In this document: positions 28,313-40,400 of the stretch, in pieces | Layout: each line of letters opens with the position of its first letter | Numbering within the stretch: the stretch's first letter is position 1 | Position numbers and translations under genes: made by a program | The notes under the pieces: model-generated | Told to the model about the DNA's origin: nothing | Seen by the model: the letters and a program-made list of their open reading frames with translations, nothing else | The model's database searches: none | Assembly: GCF_009914755.1 (NCBI RefSeq) | Contig: NC_060941.1 | DNA: 64,000 nucleotides | Direction: 5' to 3' (one strand) | From: the human T2T-CHM13v2.0 reference genome, Homo sapiens

Positions 28313-29243
28313 GAATAATAATCTTTGCATGTATTCAGTTCTTTCAGTCTCCAATGCACTGTTTTCACTGCTCTCCATCTATTCACCCATATAGCCATCA
28401 CAAATCCCTGAAGAGATTACTTCTATCATTATTCCTTTCCCAAAAATAAGAAAATTAAAGTTGATTGGAATACCCAGTTCCATTTGTAAGTGACAAAGTT
28501 ATTGATTTGAACCCAGATATTCTGGTTCCACAACCTCCATTTGTAACTCTCCAGAATGAATACATGGATGAGCCTAGGCAATAAAACACTGAATTTAATC
28601 TTTTATAAAAGAGAAATAATTTTCAAATGGTTTTCATAGAAATGGAATTGTATAAAAAAGGGAGCTGACATTTGTGTATTTTGGTAAAATGTATCTAAAT
28701 CCTTTTATTAATCCTTCCAGATATAAAAACTTTCTACAAGCTTCAATATTTCTAACCTTTAACAAAGAACTTCCAAAATATTACAAAAAACTAGCTAAGT
28801 GAAAACATTTTCCTTCTTTTTAAATATCAAACTTGTTTTGTCTTTCTGAAATAGTTAATGTGAATATATATTTTAAAACTATTTAAAATTACCTTTAGAA
28901 ATATCCAAATTTCAATTCTTGAACATGCTAGTGCATAGCCCAAATGGAAGATTTGGGTTTAGACAGTTTAAGGAGCTAAATATGAGGGGTTTTATTACTG
29001 AATACAGGGTGGTCAGCTGCAATGTGTAGGTAGAGTAAAATAAAGAATTATTGTATCTTTTCTCATAAACAAGTTTTGTTTTTGTTTTTTAAAAACAACC
29101 CTTCTCCTTTCTCATAATTGAACTAGCAAACGGCAGTTCGATCATGCCAATGAAATACCTTTAGGATTTTTTTCAAAACAAGTTTTATTTATGTATCAGA
29201 AGATTTATTTAAGAAAAACTGCCTTCATCCATTCCATTCCTGG

Positions 29244-29398
29244 ACAAGGGCCACGTCATGGTTGGGAAACCTGTGCCATCCATAGGGTCTTGCACTTAGA
29301 AGGGCCCCGGGATTTATTTAATGTTCTGCTCTTGCCACCTTGAAATTTACATTATGTTTTTAAAAGGCCTATATTTTCATTTTTCATTTGGCCCCATA
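29244..29398 (+). mobile_element. MER91A-like hAT element, 3' terminus missing
   Basis: cacttagaagggcccc...tttaatgttctgctcttgccaccttgaaatt...ttttcatttggcccca. Confidence 0.75.
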
Positions 29399-29401
29399 AC
29401 A

Positions 29402-29640
29402 CTTCTTGGAGGTTGAACCATCTTGGTCAGTCTTTCACTTTTCCTTTCTCATTTTCTTCTCTTTGTCTTTTTTAATCTTCTAATTATTTAGTGAATTTTT
29501 AATTATTCTATTAAACTTTAAATTACCCCTTTCCATTTCTCTCTCATCTCTTCTCTACGTGGCAGTACTGAAGTGCTTTTGTAGCAGACTGACTTAGTGA
29601 CCACCTCTTGGTGTGTGATACATCTGCACATCTTCCTTAG
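29402..29640 (+). repeat. Probable derived copy of 27585-27808
   Basis: Direct match; abuts the truncated MER91 end. Confidence 0.96.
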
Positions 29641-30074
29641 CATAGGCTAGGATATCCTTCTGTGGCAGATACTTCTCTACATTAGAAGAAGTTGTTGTTG
29701 GGTAGTCAAAGCAGAGAGATGGGAAACTGAAATTACTGGGTTTAAACACCAGCTACAATAAAACTTCAAACCCTTAATAATGTACTAAGCTTGTTCTCAT
29801 CATCTATTTCACCTTATGGCGGCTCTACTTGCCATTTATCTAATTTATAGCCACATCATCCACTCAACTAAAACATTTCAGTAGTATTTTCATTTATCTT
29901 GTTTTCTGTAATTTTTCCTGTCTTAATTTGTTCTTCAAACTACTCCCAGTTATCTATAAGACTTTTTTTTTTACAAAAATAATGCCTACCTTTCTGCATC
30001 TGTGCCCATTCTATTCTCTATCTAGAACGCTCTTTTCTGATGCATCTGAAGGTTAAAATTCTTGTACATTATAC

Positions 30075-30600
30075 CAGGTAGGAATGGTTCAGTTACAAAT
30101 TGCAGAAAATCAACCCAACCTAGATTAAGAGGAAAGAGAGAAATTCTTATTTTGAATATTTAAAAGTCCATAGATAGTTCCTGGTTTCCGGTATGGCTGA
30201 ATTCAGGATTCGGAAGATGTCACTGGCACCCAGCATCTCAGCACTGAATGATATTCTTTCTACTGTGTTGGCTTCATTCTCAAGCTCCACTTATGAGTCC
30301 TGCAGTTCCAAGCTTATGTCACTAAAACATCGAATATAAATGGCCATAGATCGCGCTTCTTTAGCAGTGATAATGTGTCTTATATTTACTGGGTTTTTAA
30401 TTTACTGACCTTGAGATTGATTCAGCAATTGGGTTTTCTGACAGATTTTACCTAGTGTCATGTATTCCACCCTGTTCCTAGAGTGGGATTACTTCTACTG
30501 AAAACACATAAATAAAAGTCAAAGGAGATGAATTCCTACTTCACTTGCATGGCGTTATTATTAGAGGAAGAGGAAGTTGACAGTGAAATGATCCTCACTC
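30075..30600 (-). mobile_element. MLT1J/K-like MaLR LTR
   Basis: ttcagttacaaattgcagaaaatcaacccaacc...ggtatggctgaattcagg...tgtgttggcttcattctca. Confidence 0.6.
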
Positions 30601-30929
30601 TCACAGATATTCAAGTTGCTAAGATATTGAAACCTTCCAGACTGGTTGACAAAGAGCCCCTTCTCCAAGTTCCCTGAAAACTCCTTGCCTGGCCAAGCCA
30701 GTCTGGTCATGCCCATAGGACCACCCCAACCTCTCTAAAATCTATCAACTAAAGGGTTAATGCTGGAACAGTGGGAGGTTTCTAAGCCTGTCGGGACTCC
30801 AAGTTCAGTGTTCTTTCAGCTTTGCTAGTAACTGGGTTTTACCAGTGGCTTTATATTATTATATGACATCTGAGAGAAGAAATTTCATTTTTGGGATAAC
30901 TGGAGATTTTAGTAATAATAAATATTACT

Positions 30930-31435
30930 ACCTTCTATTTTAGCGATAAGCAGATAGCAATTTTAGTGGTAACAGCAAATGTCAGAAAACCCAATTACCA
31001 GTGGCCTAAACACAGAGGTTTATTTCTTGCTCTCACAGAAGTAAAGCCTGAGGCTGGTTTGGCAGCTTCTCAATTATTCGAGACCCTAGAATTTTCCATT
31101 GTGTTGCTCTGCCATTTTTCATAATGGACTAATACCTCGTAGTCCAGGATGGCTCCTTAACCCCAGCTACAACTTTGTATTCCAGGCAGCATGACGCTGA
31201 AAAAGTGGGCAGAAGGGCATGCCCCTACACCTTAATGGTGTGCCCTAGAAGTCTCACACACAATTTTCCTTATATTCCATTGGCCAGAACTTAATCACTG
31301 CACCTAGTTTCCAGGGAGAATATAACTATAGCTACTACTTAAGGGGGCCATGTGTCTAGTCAAATAGTAAGGTGTTATTATTGTAGAAGAAAAAAGTCCC
31401 AGATACAGGTAGACAACTAGGCTTCTCAGCCACAG
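30930..31435 (-). mobile_element. MLT1J-like MaLR LTR
   Basis: cagtggcctaaacacagaggtttatttcttgctctcac...tatattccattggccagaacttaatcac. Confidence 0.7.
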
Positions 31436-32268
31436 CTAATCTGTTCATAGTCTTTGATTTATCATGGCAAGAGAACCTTAGGAAGGAAAAGTATTCTTGG
31501 AGAATCAGAATCTTAGTAAAAAAAGTTCTTATTTTATACCCCAAAATGGTGATGAGGGACTGCCTAGAAACCATAAATCTTATTCTGAAGGAAGATGGTT
31601 TCTTCTAAACTCTGCCTATTTTTCATCCCATCCATCCAATGTGGGTGTTTTTCTTTCTGCTTGATTTCAACCACATATGGCATGTAAAATGCAAGCAGGA
31701 ACTGTATATGTTCAAAACTCTTTAACTCCTCTGCCTAATACTTTTCTCTCCCATCTCCAAACTTTAAAGGATTTACAGTTTATATAAAGCAATACAATTA
31801 ATTCATTGAACAACTATATCTTAAGCATCTTCTATATGTTGGACATTCTTCTAGGAGCTGGGGCAACATCAGTGAAAATAACAGATACATTTAAGGGTGG
31901 AACAACTAACAGTGAATAAGGAAACGATACTGTGTGTTATATCTTGGTCAGTGTTCAGGGATACAATAAAGCAGGATACGGAAGATTGTGAGTACCGGGA
32001 GTGGAGACTTGCAATTTTACAGTAGGTTTCTTCCCTGAGAAGTTGATATGTAAACAAGAGAGGCAAGAGAATGAACCACACAGAAATCTGGGAGAAAAAT
32101 ATTTCAGGCCAGAGAGGAGGAAGTGCAAAGGTGTTAAGGAGGCGTCATGCCCGTGCTCCAAGCAGCAAAGAGTTGTATGTCTGCTTGGCTCTACTAAAGC
32201 GAGCAAGTGGGAAATGACTTCAGAGCCAAGATCATAGATGCTTAGTAGGCTGTTTAAGACTGACTTTT

Positions 32269-32587
32269 CATTATCCTTAGCAAACTGACACAGAAGCATA
32301 AAAACAAATACCACATGTTCTCACTTATAAGTGGGAGCTAAATGATGAGAACACATGGACACATTGAGGAGAGTGACACACACTGGGGTCTTTCGGAGAG
32401 TGGAGGGTGGGAGGAAGGAGAAGTTCAGGTAAAATAACAAACGGTACTAGGCTTCTGTACAACAAACCCTCATGACGCAAGTTTACCTATGTAACAAACC
32501 TGCACTTGTACCCCTGAACTTAATAAAAGTTTAAAAACCAAACCAAAACAAAACAAAAGCAAAACAAACAAACAAACAAACAAACAA
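32269..32587 (+). mobile_element. 5'-truncated L1PA (old, PA13-16-like) 3' end
   Basis: catgttctcacttataagtgggagctaaatgatgagaac; (caaa)n tail; TSD aagactg(a/g)ctttt. Confidence 0.92.
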
Positions 32588-33150
32588 AAGACTGGCTTTT
32601 ACTCTGAGTGAAGTGTGAAATCATTTTGAGGGTTTTGAGACGAGAAGAGGCGTAATCTGTTTTAGAAACATCCTACCAGTTGCAGTATTGAGATCAGACT
32701 CTAGGGGAGAATAAGATGAAGCAAGGAGAGAAACTTGGAGGTAGAGTCGACTGAAATAATCCAAGAAAATATTATATAAATACTGTTTACAGAGAGTAGA
32801 AAATGCTGACAGCATATACTGACAAATTCGATATGGGGTGTGAGAAAGGGAGGGATTAAGAAAGACATGAAGGTATTTGAAGGATGTAGTTTTGATTTGG
32901 CTGAGATGGTGAGACGGTAGGACGCTACTGGAGAAATCTCAGTAATTCTGTTAGGTAGACATCCAAACGGAGGTCTGGGATTCAGTGGTGCACCCTGGGC
33001 TGAAAATGTAAAAATGTGCTCATCCTTAGCATGTAGGTGTGATTTAACACCATGCTACTGGATGAAATCACCAAGGCATTGAGTGTAAGTAGGTAGAAAA
33101 AAAAATAACCATGAATTCTGGGACATACCCATCCAATGTTTAGAAACTGA

Positions 33151-34087
<937 letters not shown>

Positions 34088-35049
34088 TTGAGGGGAATGC
34101 AAAAATGTAGTAAAGGAAATTGAGAATGAGAAGCCAATAAAGTAGGTAAGAAACAAGGTAGAGTGACATCATGGAAGCCAAACAAAGCAAGTGTTTCCAG
34201 GATGAAGGCGTGATCAACTGGGTCAAATGTATGGTGACAGATCAAATAAGATGAGGACTAATCATTAATCATGGATTTTAGCAACACTGAGTCCCTGCGG
34301 ACCTTTACAGGAGAAGTTCTGGTGGAGGGCTGAGAGCAAAAGCCTGGTTGAAGTGAGTTTGAAAAGATGTGAAATGGTAAGAATTAAATACAATGAATAT
34401 TTTCCTGGACTTTTGATATACAGGGCTTTTTTAGGATGCAAGAAATAACAAAATGTTTGATTTATGATGAGCATGACTCTAATTGAAAGAAAAAATTGAT
34501 AATATAGTAGCCAAAGAAATAATTGCTGAGTAATGCTCTTGCAGCACAGGTTAGAGGGGGTAGACTTTAGACAGGAGTGTAAATAATTCCCCTCCATTGT
34601 CAAGAGGGTAAAGTATTTGGGTACAAAAGTCAACAGGTTGGTGAGTGGCCTGGTGAAGATGTAGTGGTTGTACTTTAGGTCCTACCTTTAATTAGTTTCT
34701 TATTAATGAATTAATAATCAATTAATATTGTGTTTATTTGTAAATTTCTCCAGGCCAAAAACTGCATTATGTATTTTTTGACACTTATTTAGCCAAGCAA
34801 CAAATAATTGTTTATGAAACTGAATAAATAACATGACAAAGGGGTACTGTACCACCGAACTTCAGGCCAGAAGGGTTCCTGTAAAATCTTAAGAATGGTA
34901 TTCACTAAAGAAATTTTTAATAAAGTAGAACTTACCAGTATTAAAGAATTACTTGTTAAAGTAATTGATAAAACTAAATTGTTATGGAATTGATAAAACT
35001 AAAGTTACCTTTTGTTTCAAGTTCCACTCTTTCTGGTTTAAATGTTTTT

Positions 35050-37370
35050 AAAAATTTTATGGTGAAATGTGTTTCACATGAAGAAATGAATTGAACATAT
35101 ATGTGCAGTAAAGTAAGCCACATCATCTAATTAAAGAAATAAAATATTACCTGCACTCGAAGAAAAAAAAATCACCCATACCTCTTCTGTGATAGCTTCA
35201 CCTGTTTGAGGTGATTGCTGTATTGACTTTGATGATAATCAGCCTCTTTGAGGTAACTGCTATCCTGACTTTGATGAGAATCATTTTCTTTTTTTCCTCT
35301 ATTGTTTTATCTATTTACCTTTCAGAAATTGAGTTCAATTTTATCTGTCTTTAGACTTTATACAAATGGAGTCCTATTCTGCACATCCTTTTGTATCTTT
35401 ATTTTGTTCAGTGTGTGTGTGTATGTGTGTGTATGTGTGGGTGTGTATCCTAAAAAGTTTGATGTTTGGATAATCTGGGTGAAGGCTATTTAGAAAAGTA
35501 CTAATATTGCAACATTTCTGAAAGTCTAGAATCAATAATTAAAAATAAAAATGAAATGAAATAATTTTTAATTAAGATAAATTAAAATACAAAATGTTTT
35601 AAAATGTGTACTTTTTAACCTAACTATGCAGTACCACCACTGTCATACAATGAGTATATACAATATGGTCTATTTCTGAGTTATCACAAATTTTTGCATT
35701 TATCTACATACCTATCTGCACAAATTCTGCATTGTCTTAATCACTATAGCTTCAAAATAAGGCTTAATAACAGGAACAGAAAGTTATCTAACTTGATTCT
35801 TATTAGAGTTTTTGTCTATTTATAATTTGTTGCACTTTTATGTGAATTCTAGAATCTACTTGTCAAGGCCTACCAATGGGAAAATCATTAGGATTTTTAT
35901 TGGGATGGAATTAAACCTAGAGATCAGATTGAGGAGTTGAAATCTTTACAATATTAAGGTTTCACTCCATGAACATTGTCTGTCATCCCGTTTATTTATT
36001 TATTTATTTAAATTTCTCAGTAGTACTATATTTTTTTCTTAGAGATATTTTACACTTTTGTTAGATTTGTTCCTTAGTACTTCCAACTTTTGATGCAATT
36101 GTAAATAATGTGTATTTTATCTCTGTTTAATTTGGTTTTAATGTATCTTAAATCTATGTCATTTAAGCCATAATCATTTAAACTGGTTACAGTGTTTCTT
36201 TCCTGGCAAAGTGAAGCTTGTATCATTGTAAAGTGATTCTCTTTAACACAAAAAGTGTTACTAATATAAAAAAAAGTCTATTTCTGTTATTTTTTGTTAT
36301 TTATTTACATATTTCTCCCCTTTATTTTAAACCTTTATGTGTTCTTATACTCAAAGTATATGCCTTGAAAACAATATGTAATTTGTTTATGTTTATAATC
36401 TGGCCTGATTATCTTTGACTTTTAACTGAAACATTTAGTTTATTTACCTAGTTGCGATTATTGTTATATTTGAATTTCAAAATAGCACCTTATTTTGTCC
36501 TTTAAACACAATTTGTGGGCATTCTTAAGAAATAGGATGAGATTCCACTTTAGGGATGCAGTACAAAGTTGTCCAGGCTGTGCACTGCCTCCAGGTAGCA
36601 CATCTAAATGGACTACCAAGCACTTTACAGATGCCTTAAATTCTTGTACTTGTCGCATAAATTTTTGGGTAGATGCAAGTAACGTCTTATGGGAGAAGAA
36701 CCTTTTTTAAAATTTGAACTCAGATACCACATGGGTAAGGATTTGCATTTGCTTCTGCTCTGCACCTGGGGACATTGTAGCCCCAGAAAGCTTCAAGCTA
36801 AATGCACAGCTTAAGGTCCCTTCTCCACCTTGGTAGCTAGAAGCTGGATCGCAAAGTTCTGTGAGAGTCGACCCATGGCAACATTATTGCAGGAATTTTT
36901 TTTTCTTTTCAATAACAACCACCCCACTCTTCCTAAGGTGATCTATTCCGTTCCCTAGGGGTTGGGAAAGGGGTTTAGTGCTGCTCCACATTGTATAGCC
37001 TGGGAGGTTCCATATTGATGTGAGAAATTTCCGTATTTGACTTCCTACTGGGGGCAGTGGGAAGGCTACTGGGCCTTGACATCGAACCCAGTTAATATCC
37101 TTTCCCTGCCCCCTGGTGGTTGCCAAAGTTAGAGACCAAGTTTGCCAATGTATGCAATCGCCATCAGAAAAAAGTGGTTCCTGTGTCCTGGTGCTTTGCT
37201 TAGCTGTCTTGGCTCCTGCTTCTCCATTAATTTTGGCAGTGTCACTCCTTATTATCCTATCATTGCTGTTCGGTTTTCAATGACAACTAAAATAGTTTTT
37301 CTGCTTCATTAGTTGCTTTCAGGGAGTGATTTGGTCTCAACAACATAGCCTATTAATACTAAAATGGAAG
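35050..37370 (-). mobile_element. Ancient L1ME/L1M fragments, including probable 5' region
   Basis: ttagactttatacaaatggagtc, gaattctagaatctacttgtca, ttgcatttgcttctgc phrases; fragmented. Confidence 0.6.
37106..37119 (-). promoter_or_regulatory. CTCF-like motif
   Basis: Minus strand CCACCAGGGGGCAG, close to the CCACCAGGGGGCGC core. Confidence 0.55.
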
Positions 37371-37596
37371 TCCACATTTAAATCTTTAATGTTTCTACTA
37401 CAACATTTTACATATGGCATAGAATAGAAATACCGTTTTGTTATTTTTCATATGGGAAGCCAATTGCTTAGTGCTGTCTATTGACTAATTCCTCCTTCTC
37501 CCAGTAATTGGCCAGGTCATCTTTGTCAAATATCATGATTCCATATATAAGTTGGTTTGTTTCTTCACTCTAGTTGCTCCATTGCTGAAACATATG

Positions 37597-37961
37597 TGAT
37601 ATAGTTTGGCTCTGTGTCCTCACCCAAATCTCACCTTGAATTGTAGCAGTCCGCATGGGAGGGACCTGGTGGGAGGTAGTTGAATCATGGGGGCGGTTTT
37701 TTCTCCCGTGCTGTTCACATGATAGTGCATAAGTCTCAGGAGATCTGATGGTTTTATAAAAGGGCAGTTCTCCTACACATGCCCTCTTGCCTGCTGCCAT
37801 GTAAGACATGAATTTGCTCCTCATTTGCCTTCCACCATGATTGTGAGGCCCCCTCCCACCCTCCCAGCCATGTGGAGCTGTGAGTCAATTAAACCTTTTC
37901 CTTTATAAATTACCCAGTCTTGGGTATGTCTTTATTAGCAGCTTGAAAACAGACTAATACA
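37597..37961 (+). mobile_element. THE1 (C-like) solo LTR
   Basis: LTR termini, TSD atatg. Confidence 0.95.
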
Positions 37962-37984
37962 ATATGTCAGCACATTGCCGTGCT

Positions 37985-38312
37985 GTCAAGATATTAAGGA
38001 GTGACTGTGCCAAAATTCACAGGGAAGATAGCACTAAGATAATTATCAACAAAGCACTGGAATGCAGTGCTGATGGTATTTACCTATGTTGGCAAACTTG
38101 GCCTCTAGCTCTGGCAACCACAAGGGGGCAGGGAAGGGTCAGAAGTCAAATTGAGAAGGGTCAGAAGTCAGAATTGAGTCAGAAGTCAAAGCCCAAAGCC
38201 TGCTGAAGGTAAAAAGTCAAATAGAACTTCCACCATCAATATAGAACTGCAAAAGGCTATGCGCTCTGAGACAGGCTAAAGCACATGTAAACCAACCATT
38301 TCCCCAAACCCT
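37985..38312 (-). repeat. Inverted homologue of 36955-37260
   Basis: taaggagtgac..gccaaaatt and ttggcaaacttgg..ggcaaccac.agggggcaggga blocks match the reverse complement, ~70%. Confidence 0.85.
38118..38131 (+). promoter_or_regulatory. CTCF-like motif
   Basis: CCACAAGGGGGCAG on the plus strand. Confidence 0.5.
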
Positions 38313-38321
38313 ACTTAATAA

Positions 38322-38618
38322 GACTCTAGTTAACAATAATTTATTGTATCATTTCAAACAATTAGAAGAGAATTCTGAATGTTCTCAACACAAAGAAAGA
38401 ATAAATGTTTAGGTGACAGATATGCTAATCAATCATTACATACTGTATACATATATCAAAATATCACTCTGTAACTCCTAAATATGTACAGTTATTACGT
38501 GTCATTCAAAAAAATTAAAGATCCAAGCAACAACAAAAAGTTTAGTATGACATCACCATGGCAACCTGTGAGCATGAAAAAATAACCTACCTACTTCAAC
38601 TGTATCCTTTACACATAA
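38322..38618 (-). repeat. Inverted copy of 39681-39975 (L1MA 3' end plus ~100 bp of its flank)
   Basis: Reverse-complement match continues past the L1 tail (aacctacctacttcaactgtatcctttacacataa), ~85-90%. Confidence 0.95.
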
Positions 38619-39780
38619 ATAATGTAGTATAAAAAAAAATTTACACTTAAATAATGTAGCTTTATGATAAGTTTATATGTCTTGCATGACAAACACATTC
38701 CTTTTCCTATTGTGTTATTATTGTTACTCGATTCTTTTTTTAATGCCATTGAGTCAGATTGTCACATTTTATGATGAAACTTGTTGAAATTTTGACTGAA
38801 AATATCTTGTATATATCCGGGGGAACTTGAAATCTTTACAATATTAAGTTTTCCTCACTCTCTTTTTAGTTAGCTTTTTTCAATAAAGATTTATAATTTA
38901 ATATTAAAGGTCTTCTGCATCTTTTGATTGAATAATTATAGGTTTTTAGGTAAATAGGGTAAGTTTTTCATAACTCTCTCATTCTTTGTTTCTAGTGGCT
39001 AGAAATGCAATTGGGTTTTGCACATGAATCTTAAATCTTGCAAACCTGCTAAGCTCAATTACTCCTAGTGAATTTTCTCATCTATATTTTTGGACATATG
39101 TGTGTGAAAGATAGTTCTGTAGTGTTTTCTAATTTGTATACCTTGCATATTTCCAACTTGTCTTACTTGTACTGTACTAAAAATGTTAAACAAATGTGGT
39201 TGTGATGGACTTCCTTTCTCTACCTGATTTCAAAGAGAATAATTTGCATTTTACCACTAAATTTCTTTGCTATTACTCTTGATGTGTTTTAGTAATTCTG
39301 TATGTCTATCCCTACCCTTAATCATTTTAGGGCATCAGTTAATGGAAGAGTAATTTTAGAACATCCCTTTCTCACATAGGAATTATGTGTTTGATTTTCA
39401 TTGTAAAGGGTCTAAATAGTAATATTGATATGCAGTAAGAGGAACTTTTAGAAACAAACATGTAATTACAGGCTCATGTATATGTTGCTGAATATTATCA
39501 ATGTACAATCAGACTTTATTTTCTATTTTAGAGAGAGTTTTATACCCAACATTTAAATATTTTATACATGTCATTTTTAATTATCAAGCAGTATACTGTC
39601 TTTGGCCCAAGCAATTGTATAATTATATGAAAATTCATCTCTCCATTTTTTTCTCAATATGATTACTCTCCATTCTGTAGTTATGTGTAAAGGATACAGT
39701 TGAAGTAGGTAGGTTTTTTTCATGCTCACTGGTTACCATGGTGATATCATACTACTTAACTTTTTTTGGATGCTCGGATC

Positions 39781-40400
39781 TTTAATTTTTTTAATTGACA
39801 CATAATAATTGCACACATTTAGGAGGTACAGAGTGATATTTTGATATATGTATACAACATTTAATGATTGATTAGCATATCTGTCACCTAAAACATTTAT
39901 CCTTTATGTTGAGAACATTCAGAATTCTCTTCTAGCTGTTTGAAATGATACCATAAATTATTGTTAACTAGAGTCATTCCACAGCGCTATAGAAAACTAG
40001 AATTTATTTCTCCTGTCTAGCTGTAATTTTGTATCTGTTAAGCATCCTTTCTCTATTCCCCCGCCCCCACAACACCCCAACACCTCTCTTTTCTCCAGCC
40101 TCTAATAATCACAATTCTACTTTCTACTTTTATGAACATAACTTTTTTTTAAGCTACCATGTATGAGTGAGAACATTCAGTATTTGTCTTTCTCTGCCTG
40201 ACTTATTTCATTTAACATAATGTTCTCCAAGCTCATCCATGTTGCCATGAATGAGAGGATTTCATTATTTGATGGCTGACTAGTATTCCATTATGTATAT
40301 ACACATTTTCTTTATCCATTTGTCTATTGATAGACATTTAGGTTGGTTCTATGTCTTGGCTATTGTGAACAGTGCTGTGATGAAAATGGGGTGCAGATAA
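39781..40400 (-). mobile_element. L1MA 3' end
   Basis: gtgagaacattcagtatttgtctttctctgcctgacttatttcatttaacataatg. Confidence 0.9.

Noticed and set aside
35840-38940. Shared gaaatctttacaatattaag at ~35939 and ~38829 as another local duplication
   Set aside because: Both lie in homologous old L1 ORF2 sequence and the flanks are highly diverged; independent L1 copies suffice.
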